DNA of 64,000 nucleotides. It comes from Mobula hypostoma (lineage: Eukaryota). The stretch is from NCBI RefSeq assembly GCF_963921235.1, contig NW_026948255.1:124001-188000 (forward strand), written 5' to 3'. Each line of letters opens with the position of its first letter. The first letter of the stretch is position 1. Position numbers and translations under genes: made by a program. The notes under the pieces were generated by a model. That model had not been told where the DNA came from and did not search any database. It was given only the letters and a program-made list of their open reading frames with translations. This document shows positions 34,555 through 47,389 of the stretch, piece by piece.

Positions 34555-36050
34555 GCCCTGGCAGAAATATTTAAAATGTCGCTGTCTATGGGTGAAGTGC
34601 CGGAGGATTGGAGAGTGGCTCATGTTGTTCCGTTGTTTAAAAAAGGATCGAAAAGTAATCCGGGAAATTATAGGCCGGTGAGTTTAACGTCAGTAGTAGG
34701 TAAGTTATTGGGGAGTACTAAGAGACAGAATCTACAAGCATTTGGAAGAGGGGCTTATTAGGGAGAGTCAACATGGCTTTGTGCGTGGTAGGTCATGTTT
34801 GACCAATCTGTTGGAGTTTTTCGAGGAGGTTACCAGGAGAGTGGATGAAGGGAAGGCAGTGGATATTGTCAACATGGACTTCAGTAAGGCCTTTGACAAG
34901 GTCCCGCATGGGAGGTTAGTTAGGAAAATTCAGTCGCTAGATATACATGGAGAGGTGGTAAATTGGATTAGACATTGGCTCGATGGAAGAAGCCAGAGAG
35001 TGGTGGTAGAGAATTGCTACTCTGAGTGGAGGCCTGTGACTAGTGGTGTGCCACAGGGATCAGTGCTGGGTCCATTGTTACTTGTCATCTATATCAATGA
35101 TCTGGATGATAATGTGGTAAATTGGATCAGCAACTTTGCTGATGATACAAAGATTGGAGGTGCAGAAGACAGTGAGGAAGGTTTTCAGAGCCTGCAGAGG
35201 GATTTGGACCAGCTGGAAAAATGGGCTGAAAAATGGCAGATGGAGTTTAATACAGACAAGTGTGAGGTATTGCACGTTGGAAGGACAAACCAACGTAGAA
35301 CATACAGGGTTAATGGTAAGGCACTGAGGAGTGCAGTGGAACAGAGGGATCTGGGAATACAGATACAAAATTCCGTATGAGTGTCGTCACAGGTAGATAG
35401 GGTCGTAAACAGAGCTTTTGGTACATTGGCCTTTATTAATCAAAGTGTTGAGTATAAGAGCTGGAATGTTATGATGAGGTTGTATAAGGCATTGGTGAGG
35501 CCGAATCTGGAGTATTGTGTTCAGTTTTGGTCACCAAATTACAGGAAGGGTATAAATAAGGTTGAAAGAGTGCAGAGAAGGTTTACAAGGATGTTGCCGG
35601 GACTTGAGAAACTCAGTTACAGAGAAAGGTTGAATAGGTTAGGACTTTATTCCCTGGAGCGTAGAAGAATGAGGGGAGATTTGATAGAGGTATGTAAAAT
35701 TATGATGGATATAGATAGAGTGAATGCAAGCAGGCTTTTTCCACTGAGGCAAAGGGAGAAAAAAAAACAGAGGACATGGGTTAAGGGTGAGGGGGGAAAA
35801 GTTTAAAGGGAACATTAGTGGGGGCTTCTTCACACAGAGAGTGGTGGGAGTTTGGAATGAGCTGCCAGACGAGGTGGTAAATGCGGGTTCTTTTTTAACA
35901 TTTAAGAATAAATTGGACAGATACATGGATGGGAGGTGTATGGAGGGATATGGTCCGTGTGCAGGTCGGTGGGACTAGGCAGAAAATGGTTCGGCACAAC
36001 CAAGAAGGGCCAAAGGGCCTGTTTCTGTGCTGTAGTTTCTATGGTTCTAT
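34555..36050 (+). mobile_element. CR1 LINE, 5'-truncated, young
   Basis: ORFs 34576-35978 cover DWRVAHVVPLFKKG through RPNLEYCVQFW and the C-terminus; tail TTTCTATGGTTCTAT. Confidence 0.93.
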
Positions 36051-36465
36051 GCATTGTTCTTCACAAAAAAGATTCCAGGACTAAAGAGGGTGAGGAATGT
36101 TTGATGCCTCTGGGCCTGTAATCACAGGAGTCTGGAAAACTGAGGGGACATCTCATTGAAACCTACTGAATTTTAACAGTCCTAAAGTCCTAAATGAACT
36201 GGATATGACTAGCTTACGTGCTGTATGACTTTATGAATCTATGGTATACCTCTCTGCTGATGGAAAGATAAACTGGCGTAAATGTCTGATTTTGTTCCAA
36301 CAAGCATAACGCATACTGCTGAACAATGTAAAGTTCTGCATTCAATAACCAAATTCTAGCTCCAAAGCAACAATGAAATGCTTGTGCAGCTTTCAAACAT
36401 AGGTGGATATTGGTAAACAATGCTGGTATCGTGTAAAAATAGCAACATTTAAGTGGTGTTCAAAG

Positions 36466-37435
36466 CATAAGACCATAAGACATAGGAGCAGAATTGGGCC
36501 ATTGGCCCATCGAGTCTGCTCTGCCATTCAATCATGGCTGATCCTTTTATTTCTCCTCCTCAACCTCATTTCCTGGCCTTCTCCCCGTAACCTTAGATTC
36601 CATGTTCAATCAATAAGCTATCAATCTCTGCCTTAAATACACCCAACAACCGGCCCTCGACAGCTGAAGGTGGTAACAAATTCCACAAGTTCACCGCCCT
36701 CTGGCTACAGAAAATTCTCCGTATTTCTTTTTTGAATGGACGCCACTCCATTCTGAGGCTGTGCCCTCTTGTCCTGGATTCTCCCACCTGGGGAAACATC
36801 CTTTCCACATCTACTCTGCCTAGGCCTTCCAACATTCGAAAGGTTTCAGTGAGATCCCCCCTCATCCTTTTGAATTCTGGCGAGTACAGACCCAGAGCCA
36901 TCAAAAGCTCTGCGTATGATAACCCTTTCATTCCTGGATTCATCATTGAGAACCTCCTATGGACTCTCCCCAATGCCAGCACATCTCCTCTAAGATGAGG
37001 AGCCCAAAACTGTGCTCAATAATCAAACTGAAGCCTCACCAGTGCCTTATAAAGCCTGAGCATCGCATCTCTGCTCTTGTATTCTGGGCCTCTCTAACTG
37101 AATGCTAACATTGCATTTGCCTTCCTCACCATCGCCTCAAACTCCAGGGTAATGGTTAGGGTGTTCTGCACAAGCACTCCCAAGTCCCTTTGCATCTCAG
37201 ATCTTTGAATTTTGTCTCAGGTAAAAAAAAATAGTCTGCACATTTATTTCTACTACCGAAGCGCATGACCATGCATTTTCCAACTTTATATTTAATTTTC
37301 CATATCGCTGCCCATTCACCTAATATGTATAAGAAGTCCTTCTGCATGCTACATGTTTCCTCAACAGTACCTGTACCTTCACCAATCTTCATATCAACTG
37401 AAAACTTGGCAACAAAGCCATCTATTTCATCATCA
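36466..37435 (-). mobile_element. CR1 LINE 3' fragment
   Basis: Tail CATAAGACCATAAGAC on +; ORFs 36593-36982 and 37156-37521 encode the RT C-terminus. Confidence 0.85.
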
Positions 37436-38412
37436 GGCATGCAAATATTTACTTTACTAACTTGGAAACTGTCATGGAGATCTGTCAAGGAATAGTGTTG
37501 TCTGCATTCAATTCTGAACATACATTGGAGACTTAATAGTGTCTAGGCTGACACAGGAGACTTTAGACCAGACCTGTCTTGTCTGGTGATGATGCAGGGC
37601 TGTGGTCAAGTTACAACAGGACTTACGTTTTCCCATTCTGCAGAATCTGGGAGCACAGATCCAAGGCAGAACAGGAAGCCATGGTTTGCTGAGAACATTA
37701 CTGATCTCTCAAAACCGCATCTGAAGAAATGACATTCATATGGCCCCTAATTTCTCTCTGCACAGTTTCTGCCTGCCTTGCTGATGTTTCTGATTGTCTG
37801 TCTTTATAATTTCAGCGTTATACTATTCGGGTTATTTTGTCTTTCAGTCACTCGGGAAAAATGTACCAATTTTCTCTGTGGTTATTTGAGATGGATGTGC
37901 AGAACGTGAATGCCCAGGTTACACGCCACTGGCTGCATCATCAGATTTTTTTTTCAGGATCACTAGCTCGGTTGAATAGGTTTCCTGGAAGCTGCATCTG
38001 ACTGAAAGCCAATGGGCACCCTTCACCTGAGCTCCATGCTTGCCGACAGACAGAAACAACTTTCTATTTAAACATGCGAGCCATTACACGTGACATTTGA
38101 TCAGTTTGCTCTTTTCATCAGGTGCCAAAGCAAATTCTTCTCACCCTCTATGAACCTTTTTTTCACAACCTCTGTCGTCCTTTCATATTTCATCGCGGGA
38201 TTATCGCAGATTCCGAACATCTGCGATATATGTCTATTTTCAAAGAGACTTTCAGGGATCCAGAGCGGTGACATTGTCGGCAGTGTGTTCCTGGCTGGGC
38301 GTCACAGAACACTTCAGCTGACATGCAGGGGTTAAACTGTCCACGTGATCAGACAACGCGACGTCAGCTCAATACGACAAGCACACAACCCTTCTCCCCA
38401 ACCCCTGCCCCG

Positions 38413-38413
<1 letters not shown>

Positions 38414-38455
<42 letters not shown>
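38414..38455. repeat. (CA)n microsatellite
   Basis: Uninterrupted CA run. Confidence 0.95.
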
Positions 38456-38457
<2 letters not shown>

Positions 38458-38954
38458 TACTAAAGAGTTAATATGATTCAAACGCGGGATGCAAGAATTC
38501 AGTTTGTGACTGGGAATGCCGTACCGCCCGGTCACTATTGATGTCACATCAGGTTTAACATAAAGGAATACTAAACGGAAATAAGTGAAGAAATTTAAAT
38601 AACTCCCGTATGAAAGAGTAGTTCCATTTTTAGAGGTAAATTGGCGTAATCATGCGAGATGTGAAAGTTGGGCTGAGCCGGGGACACTCGGCCTCGGGTT
38701 CCACACCCACAAGCACCCTCGATCTTATTTTGCCAGCCAGCCGACGCCTTTCCGGCAAGATCCCATAGTAAATAAAGGACAGGGTCATCCTATGAATTGG
38801 CCAGCACTTCCCGATCAACAAAAGATAAACCTTCAAGACGTTAGTGACTCGCGGTGAAACAAATTAAATTGGACAGTAAAGATAGAACACAGGCAAAATG
38901 AAAAAAAAAGAAGCCCTACAGTAAATGAGGGAACGAGACCAGCGTCTCACTTAC

Positions 38955-39521
38955 CAGTGACTTCGAGAGTGACGGTCGCTGAGGTTTGTGAGCCGCTGGT
39001 TGGGACCATGTTCACATGGTATTCCCCACTGTCTGACTTCTTCACCGACATCAGCAGTAGCGACCCGTTGGAGGTGAATAGCTCAACTCGCGATGTATAA
39101 GAATTATCAATAGACACGACTTTACCGATCCACTGACAGACAGTTTTCTCTTTAAAAGTCCAGCTTCCACTGGCGATCTTGTCCGATGGCCGCACTGCAA
39201 ACAACGCATTTCCCCCGACGGGTTCCTTTATCTGACTGCGGTCTACGTTGATGGTAAAATCCAGAGACTCGCCTGAAAAAGAGAAAATCGTATGAGTGTA
39301 AAGCGACAAAGGTGGACAGACGGAAGAAACGTGCGTAGATCAGTCAGTACAGATAGTTAAGATCTGTACCCGACTCAATAAGATCGTTTTTTATAAACTA
39401 ATCTTCTTTCCTGCATCCACCCGCCGCTCTGTTGATTCTCTGACCACTAACCGTCCGAGAGATCCTCACCGGCAGTTATGAAGAAACACAGAACAAGCGC
39501 TGGAAACGGCAGCAGCGCCAT
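38955..39521 (-). CDS. Ig-superfamily gene, CEACAM/HEPACAM-like: signal-peptide exon 39470-39521 and IgV exon 38955-39272; downstream exons not identified
   Basis: MALLPFPALVLCFFITA followed by a GTGAG donor (phase 1). TTTTCAG acceptor, then a 318-nt phase 1-1 exon GESLDFTINV...VGGNALFAV...GSWTF...RVELFTSNGSLLLMSVKKSDSGEYHV...ATVTLEVT and a GTAAGT donor. V-set R/D salt-bridge pattern present; B- and F-strand cysteines absent. Confidence 0.85.
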
Positions 39522-39559
39522 ATCGAGAGAACAGCATCCGCCTTCTGTTACACTCCGAG

Positions 39560-39720
39560 GCAGAAACCCACTTCCGGGTCTCCGGGCCGCATTTTTTGAA
39601 TCGTCATCAGGAGCTGCAGAGCTCATTGGACCAAATTTCCAGCGAACAAATCTGCTTGCGCGGACACACCCACCCACACATGCGCGCGCACCCCCCCCGC
39701 CCCCCCCCCGCCACACGCGT
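39560..39720 (-). promoter_or_regulatory. TATA-less, CpG-rich promoter of the Ig gene
   Basis: ETS site CCGGAAGTG (39577-39569), CCAAT (39629-39625), palindrome TGCGCGCGCA (39681-39690, NRF1-like) and GC boxes (39691-39712), all 50-190 bp upstream of the ATG. Confidence 0.6.
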
Positions 39721-40912
39721 TGCTGTCATGTAAAACCCTGGTTTTCCTGGTGCAGTTTTTAATCCGAGTCTGCTTGCAAGTCGTTCTACACTAGTACCTG
39801 CGCCTCCGGTCTTTCAGCACCTTCCCATCTCAGAATCAGAATCAGGTCTATTATCACCAGGCACTTGTCGTGAAATCCGCTACTCCATTGCCGTTACTTA
39901 CGATTTATTAGTTTCATGTAAGATCCTGACTGTGGTGCTAGTTGGGGTCGGGTAGCGGGAGGAACGTCTACGGGCTGATATTCAGTATTTTCAGCCGAGA
40001 CTGAAGATTGTTTGGACTTCTTGGAATTAATGCTGAAGGTTATGCGTATCGGAGCATGGACGTGAGACGAGGGTCAGTTTAGCCTTGATCGTGTCGCCAG
40101 ACGGAGCGGAACCGGGAGCCACACGTTCTGTCCCACGCTCTCATGTTTACAGATCTGAGTAACGACCGTTTCCCAAGCCCGGATTTCGAACTTAGAAAAG
40201 AGGCACTGGAAGTCCAAACTGCCACTATCTACCTTGTCAATCTCTCTCAGCATTTTTACACATGATTACTGACTATCCATGGGCGCGAGAACTCAACGCT
40301 TGTCTGCCCTAATCTTGACATTATGTACGCTGGATTTCAGCGTAATTTTGCCCAAACCCTGTGCAGTTTAAATTATATTTCGGACCTTGATGTTCCAAAA
40401 TCGTTGTTATCAGACTACCATTATATATGTCTTCTGAACATGCTATAGTTTCATGTCAAGTTAACGGCATTCCCCATATTTACTCACCAAAATCCTCCTA
40501 TCAGCATTAACAAAACAAACACCCTTTCATCATTACTTCTGCAAAGTAGATTTTTCTCAGTGTATTCGTGGAAACTGTGACTGTTGCTGCATATCTCTTG
40601 AAGATCTGCATCAATAAACAACGACTTCAGTTTTAATTCTATGGAACATATAAAGATTAATGTATTCATCATTTAGCTGCCGAGACCATGGCACATTATG
40701 GTCCAACATAAATGGCTGTTTTCTCCCAGCGCCTCTCTGTTCTGGAAATGAAGGCAAAAGTATTGTGAAAGGTCAGATATTTCTGATGTTATCTCCTCTT
40801 GTAATCGGTTCATTCACCACTGACCAAACACAAAAATGTGCGTTCTCTCCAACAACTTTCCATGTAGATAATGTTTCATGTAGTTTCCCTTCTGCAAAGA
40901 GAAAGATATAAA

Positions 40913-43900
40913 AAACATAGAAAAACTATAGCACAGAAACAGGCCTTTTGGCCCTTCTTGGCTGTGCCGAACTATTTTCTGCCAAGTCCCACTGACCTGC
41001 ACACGGACCATATCCCGCCATACACCTCCCATCCATGTATCTGTCCAATTTATTCTTAAATGATAAAAAATAACCCGCATTTACCACCTCATCTAGCAGT
41101 TCATTCCATACTCCCACCACTCTCTGTGTGAAGAATGCCCCCCAATGTTCCCTTTAAACTTCTCCCCCTTCACCCTTAACCTATGTCCTCTGGTTTTTTT
41201 CTCCCCTTGCCTCAGTGGAAAAAGCCTGCTTGCATTCACTCTATCTATACCCATCATAATGTTATATACCTCTATCAAATCTCCCCTCCTTCTTCTACGA
41301 TTCAGGGAATAAAGTCCTAACCTATTCAACCTTTCTCTGTAACTGAGTTTCTCAAGTCCTGGCAACATCCTTGTAAACCTTCTCTGCACTCTTTCAACCT
41401 TATTTATATCCTTCCTGTACTTTGGTGACCAAAACTGAACACAATACTCCAGATTCAGCCTTACCAATGCCTGACACAACCTCATCATAACTTTCCAGCT
41501 CTTATACTATATACTTTGATTAATAAAGGCCAATGTACCAAAAGCTCTCTTTACGACCCTATCTACCTGTGATGCCACTTTTAGGGAATTTTGTATCTGT
41601 ATTTCCAGATCCCTCTGTTCTACTGCACTCCTCAGTGCCTTACCATTTACCCTGTATGTCCTACCTTGGTTTGTCCTTCCAAAGTGCAATACCTCACACT
41701 TGTCTGTATTAAACTCCATCTGCCATTTTTCAGCCCTTTTTCCAGCTGGTCCAAGTCCCTCTGCAGGCTCTGAAAACCTTCCTCACTGTCTACTACACCT
41801 CCAATCTTTGTATCATCAGCAAACTTGCTGATCCAATTTACCACATTATCATCCAGATCATTGATATAGATGACAAATAACAATGGACCCAGCACTGATT
41901 CCTGTGGCACACCACTAGTCACAGGCCTCCACTCGGAGAAGCAATTTTCCGCTACCACTCTTTGGTTTCTTCCATTGAGCCAATGTCAAATCCAATTTAC
42001 CACCTCTCCATGTATACCCGTATACCCAGCGACTGAATTTTCCTAACTAACCTCCCATGCGGGACCTTGTCAAAGGCCTTACTGAAGTCCATGTAGATAA
42101 CATCCACTGCCTTCCCTTCATCTACTTTCCTGGTAACCTCCTTGAAAAACTCCAATGGATTGGTCAAACATGACCTACCACGCACAAAGCCATGTTGACT
42201 CTCCCTAATAAATCCCTGTCTATTCAAATGCTTGCAGATTCTTTCTCTTAGTACTCCCTCCAATAACTGACCCACTACCAACGTCAAACCTACCGGGTTA
42301 TAATTTCCCTGATTACTTTTCGATCCTTTTTTAAACAACGGAACAACATGAGCTACTCTCCAATCCTCCGGCACCTCACCCGTAGACATCAACATTTTAA
42401 TTATATCTGCCAGGGCGCCTGCAATTTCAACACTAGTCTCCTTCAAGGTCCGAGGGAATACCCTGTCAGGTCCTGGGGATTTATCCACTTTAATTTGCCT
42501 CAAGATAGCAAGCACCTCCTCCTTTTCAATCTGTAGAGTTTCCACGATCTCACTACTTGTTTCCCTTAATTCTGTAGACTTCATGCCGGTTTCCTTAGTA
42601 AATACAGACGCAAAAAACCCATGTAAGATCTCCTCCATTTCTTTTGGTTCCGCATATAACCAACCACTCTGATCTCCTAGAGGACCAATTTTATTCCTTA
42701 CAATCCCTTTACTCTTACTATACCTGTAAAAGCTCTTTGGAGTATCCTTCACTTTGACTGCCAAGGCAACCTCATGTCTTCTTTTAGCCCTCCTGATTTC
42801 TTTCTTAAGTATTTTCTTGCACTTTTTATACTCCTCAAACACCTTATTTACTCTCTGTTTCCTATACATGCCATACAACTCTCTCTTCTTCTTTATCAGA
42901 GTTGCAATATCCCTTGAGAACCAAGGTTCCTTATTCCTATTCACTTTGTCTTTAATACTGACAGGAACATACAAGCTCTGCACTCTCAAAATTTCTCCTT
43001 TGAAGGCTTCCCACTTACCGATCACATCTTTGCCAGAGAACAACCTGTCCCAATCCACGTTTTTTAGATCCTTTCTCATTTCTTCAAATTTGGTCTTCTT
43101 CCAGTTCAGAGCCTCAACCCTAGGACGAGGTCTATCTTTGTCCATGATCAAGTTGAAACTAATGGTGTTATGATCACTGGAACCAAAGTGCTCCCCTACA
43201 CACACTTCTGTCACTTTTGCCCTAACTCGTTTCCTAACAGGAGATCCAATATTGCATCCCCTCCAGTTGGTACCTCTATATATTGATTTAGAAAACTTTC
43301 CTGAACACAATTTACAAACTCTAAACTATGTAGACCTCTAACAGTATGGGAGTCCCAACCAATATATGGAGAATTAAAATCCCCTACCACCACAACTTTA
43401 TGTTTCCTGCAGTTGCCTGCTATCTCTCTGCAGATTTGCAACTTCAATTCTCGCTGACTATTGGGTAGTCTATAATACAACCCCACTAATGTAGAACATA
43501 GAACATAGAATAGTACAGCACAGTACAGGCCCTTCGGCCCACAATGTTCTGCCGACCCGCAAACCATGCCTCCCATATAAGCCCCCACCTTAGATTCCTC
43601 CGTATACCTGTCTAGTAGTCTCTTAAACTTCACTAGTGTATCTGCCTCCACCACTGACTCAGGCAGTGCATTCCACGCACCAACCACTCTCTGAGTAAAA
43701 AAACCTTCCTCTAATATCCCCCTTGAACTTCCCACCCCTTACCTTAAAGCCATGTCTTCTTGTATTGAGCAGTTGTGCCCTGGGGAAGAGGCGCTGGCTA
43801 TCCACTCTATCTATTCCTCTTATTATCTTGTACACCTCTATCATGTCTCCTCTCATCCTCCTTCTCTCCAAAGAGTTAAGCCCTAGCTCCCTTAATCTCT

Positions 43901-45545
43901 GATCATAATGCATACTTTCTAAACCAGGCAGCATCCTGGTAAATCTCCTCTGTACCCTTTCCAATGCTTCCACATCCTTCCTATAGTGAGGTGACCAGAA
44001 CTGGACACAATACTCCAAGTGTGGCCTAACCAGAGTTTTATAGAGCTGCATCATTACATCGCGACTCTTAAACTCTATCCCTCGACTTATGAAAGCTAAC
44101 ACCCCATAAGCTTTCTTAACTACCCTATCCACCTGTGAGGCAACTTTCAGGGATCTGTGGACATGTACTCCGAGATCCCTCTGCTTCTCCACACTACCAA
44201 GTATCCTGCCAGTTACTTTGTACTCTGCCTTGGAGTTTGTCCTTCCAAAGTGTACCACCTCACACTTCTCCGGGTTGAACTCCATCTGCCACTTCTCAGC
44301 CCACTTCTGCATCTTAGCAATGTGGCCAGACATTTCCTGTTTCTCAGCTCCACCCATAAGGACTCAGTAGATAAACCTTCTGATCTGTCCTGCCTGAGCA
44401 CTGCTGTAACATTTTCCCTGACAAGCAGTGCTACACCCCCGCCCCCGAACCTTTCATTCTCTGCCTCGATCACATCTGAAACTTCGGAACACTGGAATAT
44501 TAAGCTGCCAGTCCTGCCCCTCCTGTAGCCAAGTTTCACTAATTGCTATAACGTCATAATTCCACGTGTTAATCCACGCCCTCAGCTCGTCTGCCTTCCC
44601 CGCGATACTACTAGCATTGAAATATATACAACTTCAGAAGATTTTTACCACCACTCACAACATTTCGATTTGCCGCTTTGCTTGAACTTTTAACATAATT
44701 TATTTTCACCCCAGCCACACTGTCAGCTCTGGCACTCTGGTTCCCATCCCCCTGCAAATATAGTTTAAAGCCTCCCCAACAGCACTAACAATCCTCCTGG
44801 AAAGGATATTGGTCCTCTTGTAGTTCAAGTGTAACCCGTCTCTCTTGTACAGGTCCCACCTGCCCCAGAAGAGGTCCCAATGATCCTGAAATCCGAAACC
44901 CTGTTCCCTACACTAATTCCTCAGCCACTTGTTCATCCTCCAGAGCATCCTATTCCTACCCTCACTGGCACGTAGCACAGGTAGCAATCCTGAGATTACT
45001 ACCCTCGAGATCCTGCTTTTCAACTTCCTCCCAAGCTCTCTATACTCACTGTCCAGGACCTCCTCACTTTTCCTTGCTATGTAATTGGTACCGATGTGCA
45101 CCACGACATCTGGCTGATCACCCTCCCACTTCAGAATGTCATGCAAGCGATCAGAGACATCCTTGACCCTAGCACCCGGGAGGCAACAAACCATCCTAGA
45201 TTCTCTGTCACGACCACAGAACCTCCTGTCTGTACCTCTAACTATAGAGTCCCCTATCACTACCGCTCTCCTCTTTTTCCACCCTCCCTTCTGCACCGCA
45301 GAACCAGATTCAGTGCCAGAGATCTGGCTGCTGCAGCTTGCCCCAGGTAAGTCTTCCCCCCACCCCCCCCAACAGTATCCAATGCGGTATACTTGTTGTT
45401 GAGGGGAATGGCCACAGGGGAACCCTACTCTGCCTGCCCTTTCCTCTTCCCTCACCTGACAGTGACCCAATTTCCTGTGCTCTGCTCCTTTGGCGTAACT
45501 ACCTCCCTGTAGCTACTATCTATAATCTCCTCAATCTCCCAAATG
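40913..45545 (-). mobile_element. Near-full-length CR1 LINE (ORF1 esterase, ORF2 endonuclease-RT) with a nested CR1
   Basis: ORF1 AVVIGDSIVRG...PGARVKDV...VVVHIGTN (SGNH esterase, 44913-45470); endonuclease GDFN and SDHN; RT 41093-43310; tail AAACATAGAAAA. Confidence 0.93.
43493..44318 (-). mobile_element. CR1 3' fragment inserted into the endonuclease region of another CR1
   Basis: Has its own AGAACATAG tail and is flanked by AATGT at 43488-43492 and 44319-44323. The host sequence rejoins when it is removed. Confidence 0.88.
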
Positions 45546-45606
45546 ATCTGCTACCAGTTTTCTGAATAAATTATGAAAGAAAATAAAACAATGATGCTGA
45601 GTGGTT

Positions 45607-46183
45607 CATAGAAACATAGAAACATAGAAAATAGGTGCAGGAGTAGGCCATTCGGCCCTTCGAGCCTGCACCGCCATTTATTATGATCATGGCTGATCAT
45701 CCAACTCAGAACCCAGCCTTCCCTCCATACCCCCTGACCCCTGTAGCCACAAGGGCCATATCTAACTTCCTTTTAAACATAGCTAATGAACTGGCCTCAA
45801 CAGTTTGCTGTGGCAGAAAATTCCACAGATTCACCACTCTCTGTGTGAAGAAGTTTTTCCTAATCTCGGTCCTAAAAGGCTTCCCCTCTATCCTCAAACT
45901 GTGACCCCTCGTTCTGGACCTCCCCAACATCGGGAACAATCTTCCCGCATCTAGCCTGTCCAATCCCTTTAGGATCTTATACGTTTCAATCAGATCCCCC
46001 CTCAATCTTCTAAATTCCAACGAGTACAAGCCCAGTTCATCCAGTCTTTCTTCATATGAAAGACCTGCCATCCCAGGAATCAATCTGGTGAACCTTCTTT
46101 GTACTCCCTCTATGGCAAAGATGTCTTTCCTCAGATTAGGGGACCAAAACTGCACACAATACTCCAGGTGTGGTCTCACCAAG
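45607..46183 (-). mobile_element. CR1 3' fragment, young
   Basis: (CATAGAAA)n tail; LVRPHLEYCVQFWSP...GRSRTRGH uninterrupted. Confidence 0.9.
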
Positions 46184-46229
46184 GGATGGGCAGTGAGGGA
46201 ACCCAGTGATTGAAACATGACTTTTTCAG

Positions 46230-46510
46230 GGAGCCAATCCTCAAGAAGGCGTCGGTGATCATTAAAGACCCGCATCAGGTATTGCCCTCGTCTCGTTGCT
46301 GCAATCAGGAAAGAGATAAAGAAGCCTGAAGACACACATTCAAAAATTCAGTAACAGCTTCTTCTCCTCTGCCACCCGATTTTTGAAAGGGTATTGAACC
46401 CATGATCACTACCCCAGTACATTTTTCACGGCATATGCTGTTGCACCTCATTCTGATTCTGACATAAGGAGATTCACAACTGCACGCTGTGATGAATACC
46501 ATCGGTGATA
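46230..46510 (+). mobile_element. Rex1/L2-like LINE 3' end
   Basis: KKASVIIKDPH...LLQSGKR*RSLKTH...NSFF remnant. Confidence 0.6.
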
Positions 46511-47389
46511 ATACAATAACGGCCGTACTTTCAGTGGCCCGGTTGAAAGAGCAACAGCACAGATCGCAGGTGAGAGCACTGTACTACAGGAGGACAGTGT
46601 ACAATCAGCGGGCCCGGGGTCATTATGGAAACAATGGTCACTTGCATCGCCAAGCCGTCTCCACCTTGCAGATGCGTCCGATCTGATCTCGCATCTCGGC
46701 TTCTCTCTCTCTACAATCTCTACGCTCGCCTTAATGACGGTACGCGACCACTGCTCCGTAGCATCTTCCTGCCCAGTGTACATTCACGAGTGAAGGTCAT
46801 AGGGGCGAGGCGTAAGATCGCTGATACTGGAGGGAAACAAGTGATTGTTGTGTTTTCTGTTTCACTGAGACACTGCTCACCTCTAACACTCAGTCTCAGT
46901 CCACCAGATGGGCCGGTCGGTGGCATCAGGTCAGAACAGAGGCGGCGGCGGCGTCCGCTTCGCATTAACTGATCATGGCGCTCGGACATGGCGCTCTTGT
47001 TTCATTCTTGTTCAGAAGACATGGACCATCTAGCGATTAAGTGCCGACCATCCTTCTGACCGAAAGAGTTCCGCGCCCTGATCCTCGCTGCAGTTTGTAC
47101 ACTGCTAAACGCAGATGTCAAGCAAGCACGGTGTGTATTAATGTCATTGTAAAGAAACAGGAAATGACATACCCCGAGGGCTTTCATGCCTTTGCCGGAC
47201 ACCAGGCTAGCTTGCATAAGTCTCTGCCCAGCTACCTCAGCACATCAGCTGCTCAGCCGACCCAGCACACTCGACGACTGCTGCAAAAGGCCTATCGCTT
47301 CACCCTAGACAGCGGCAGATCTGACCGTCTGACTGTCCTCCTTCCACTTGCACACAGGCAGAGACTAAGGAGCCAGGTTGATTGACAAC

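Noticed and set aside
30755-39521. Ig domain spliced to the NLR-like exon as a fusion receptor
   Set aside because: The IgV exon ends in phase 1 while the NLR-like exon starts in phase 0, this copy is frameshifted, and no linking transmembrane exon was found.
42754-43173. Hydrophobic antisense ORFs over CR1 elements (also 58401-59156)
   Set aside because: Shadows of the purine-rich CR1 ORF2 strand, not membrane proteins.
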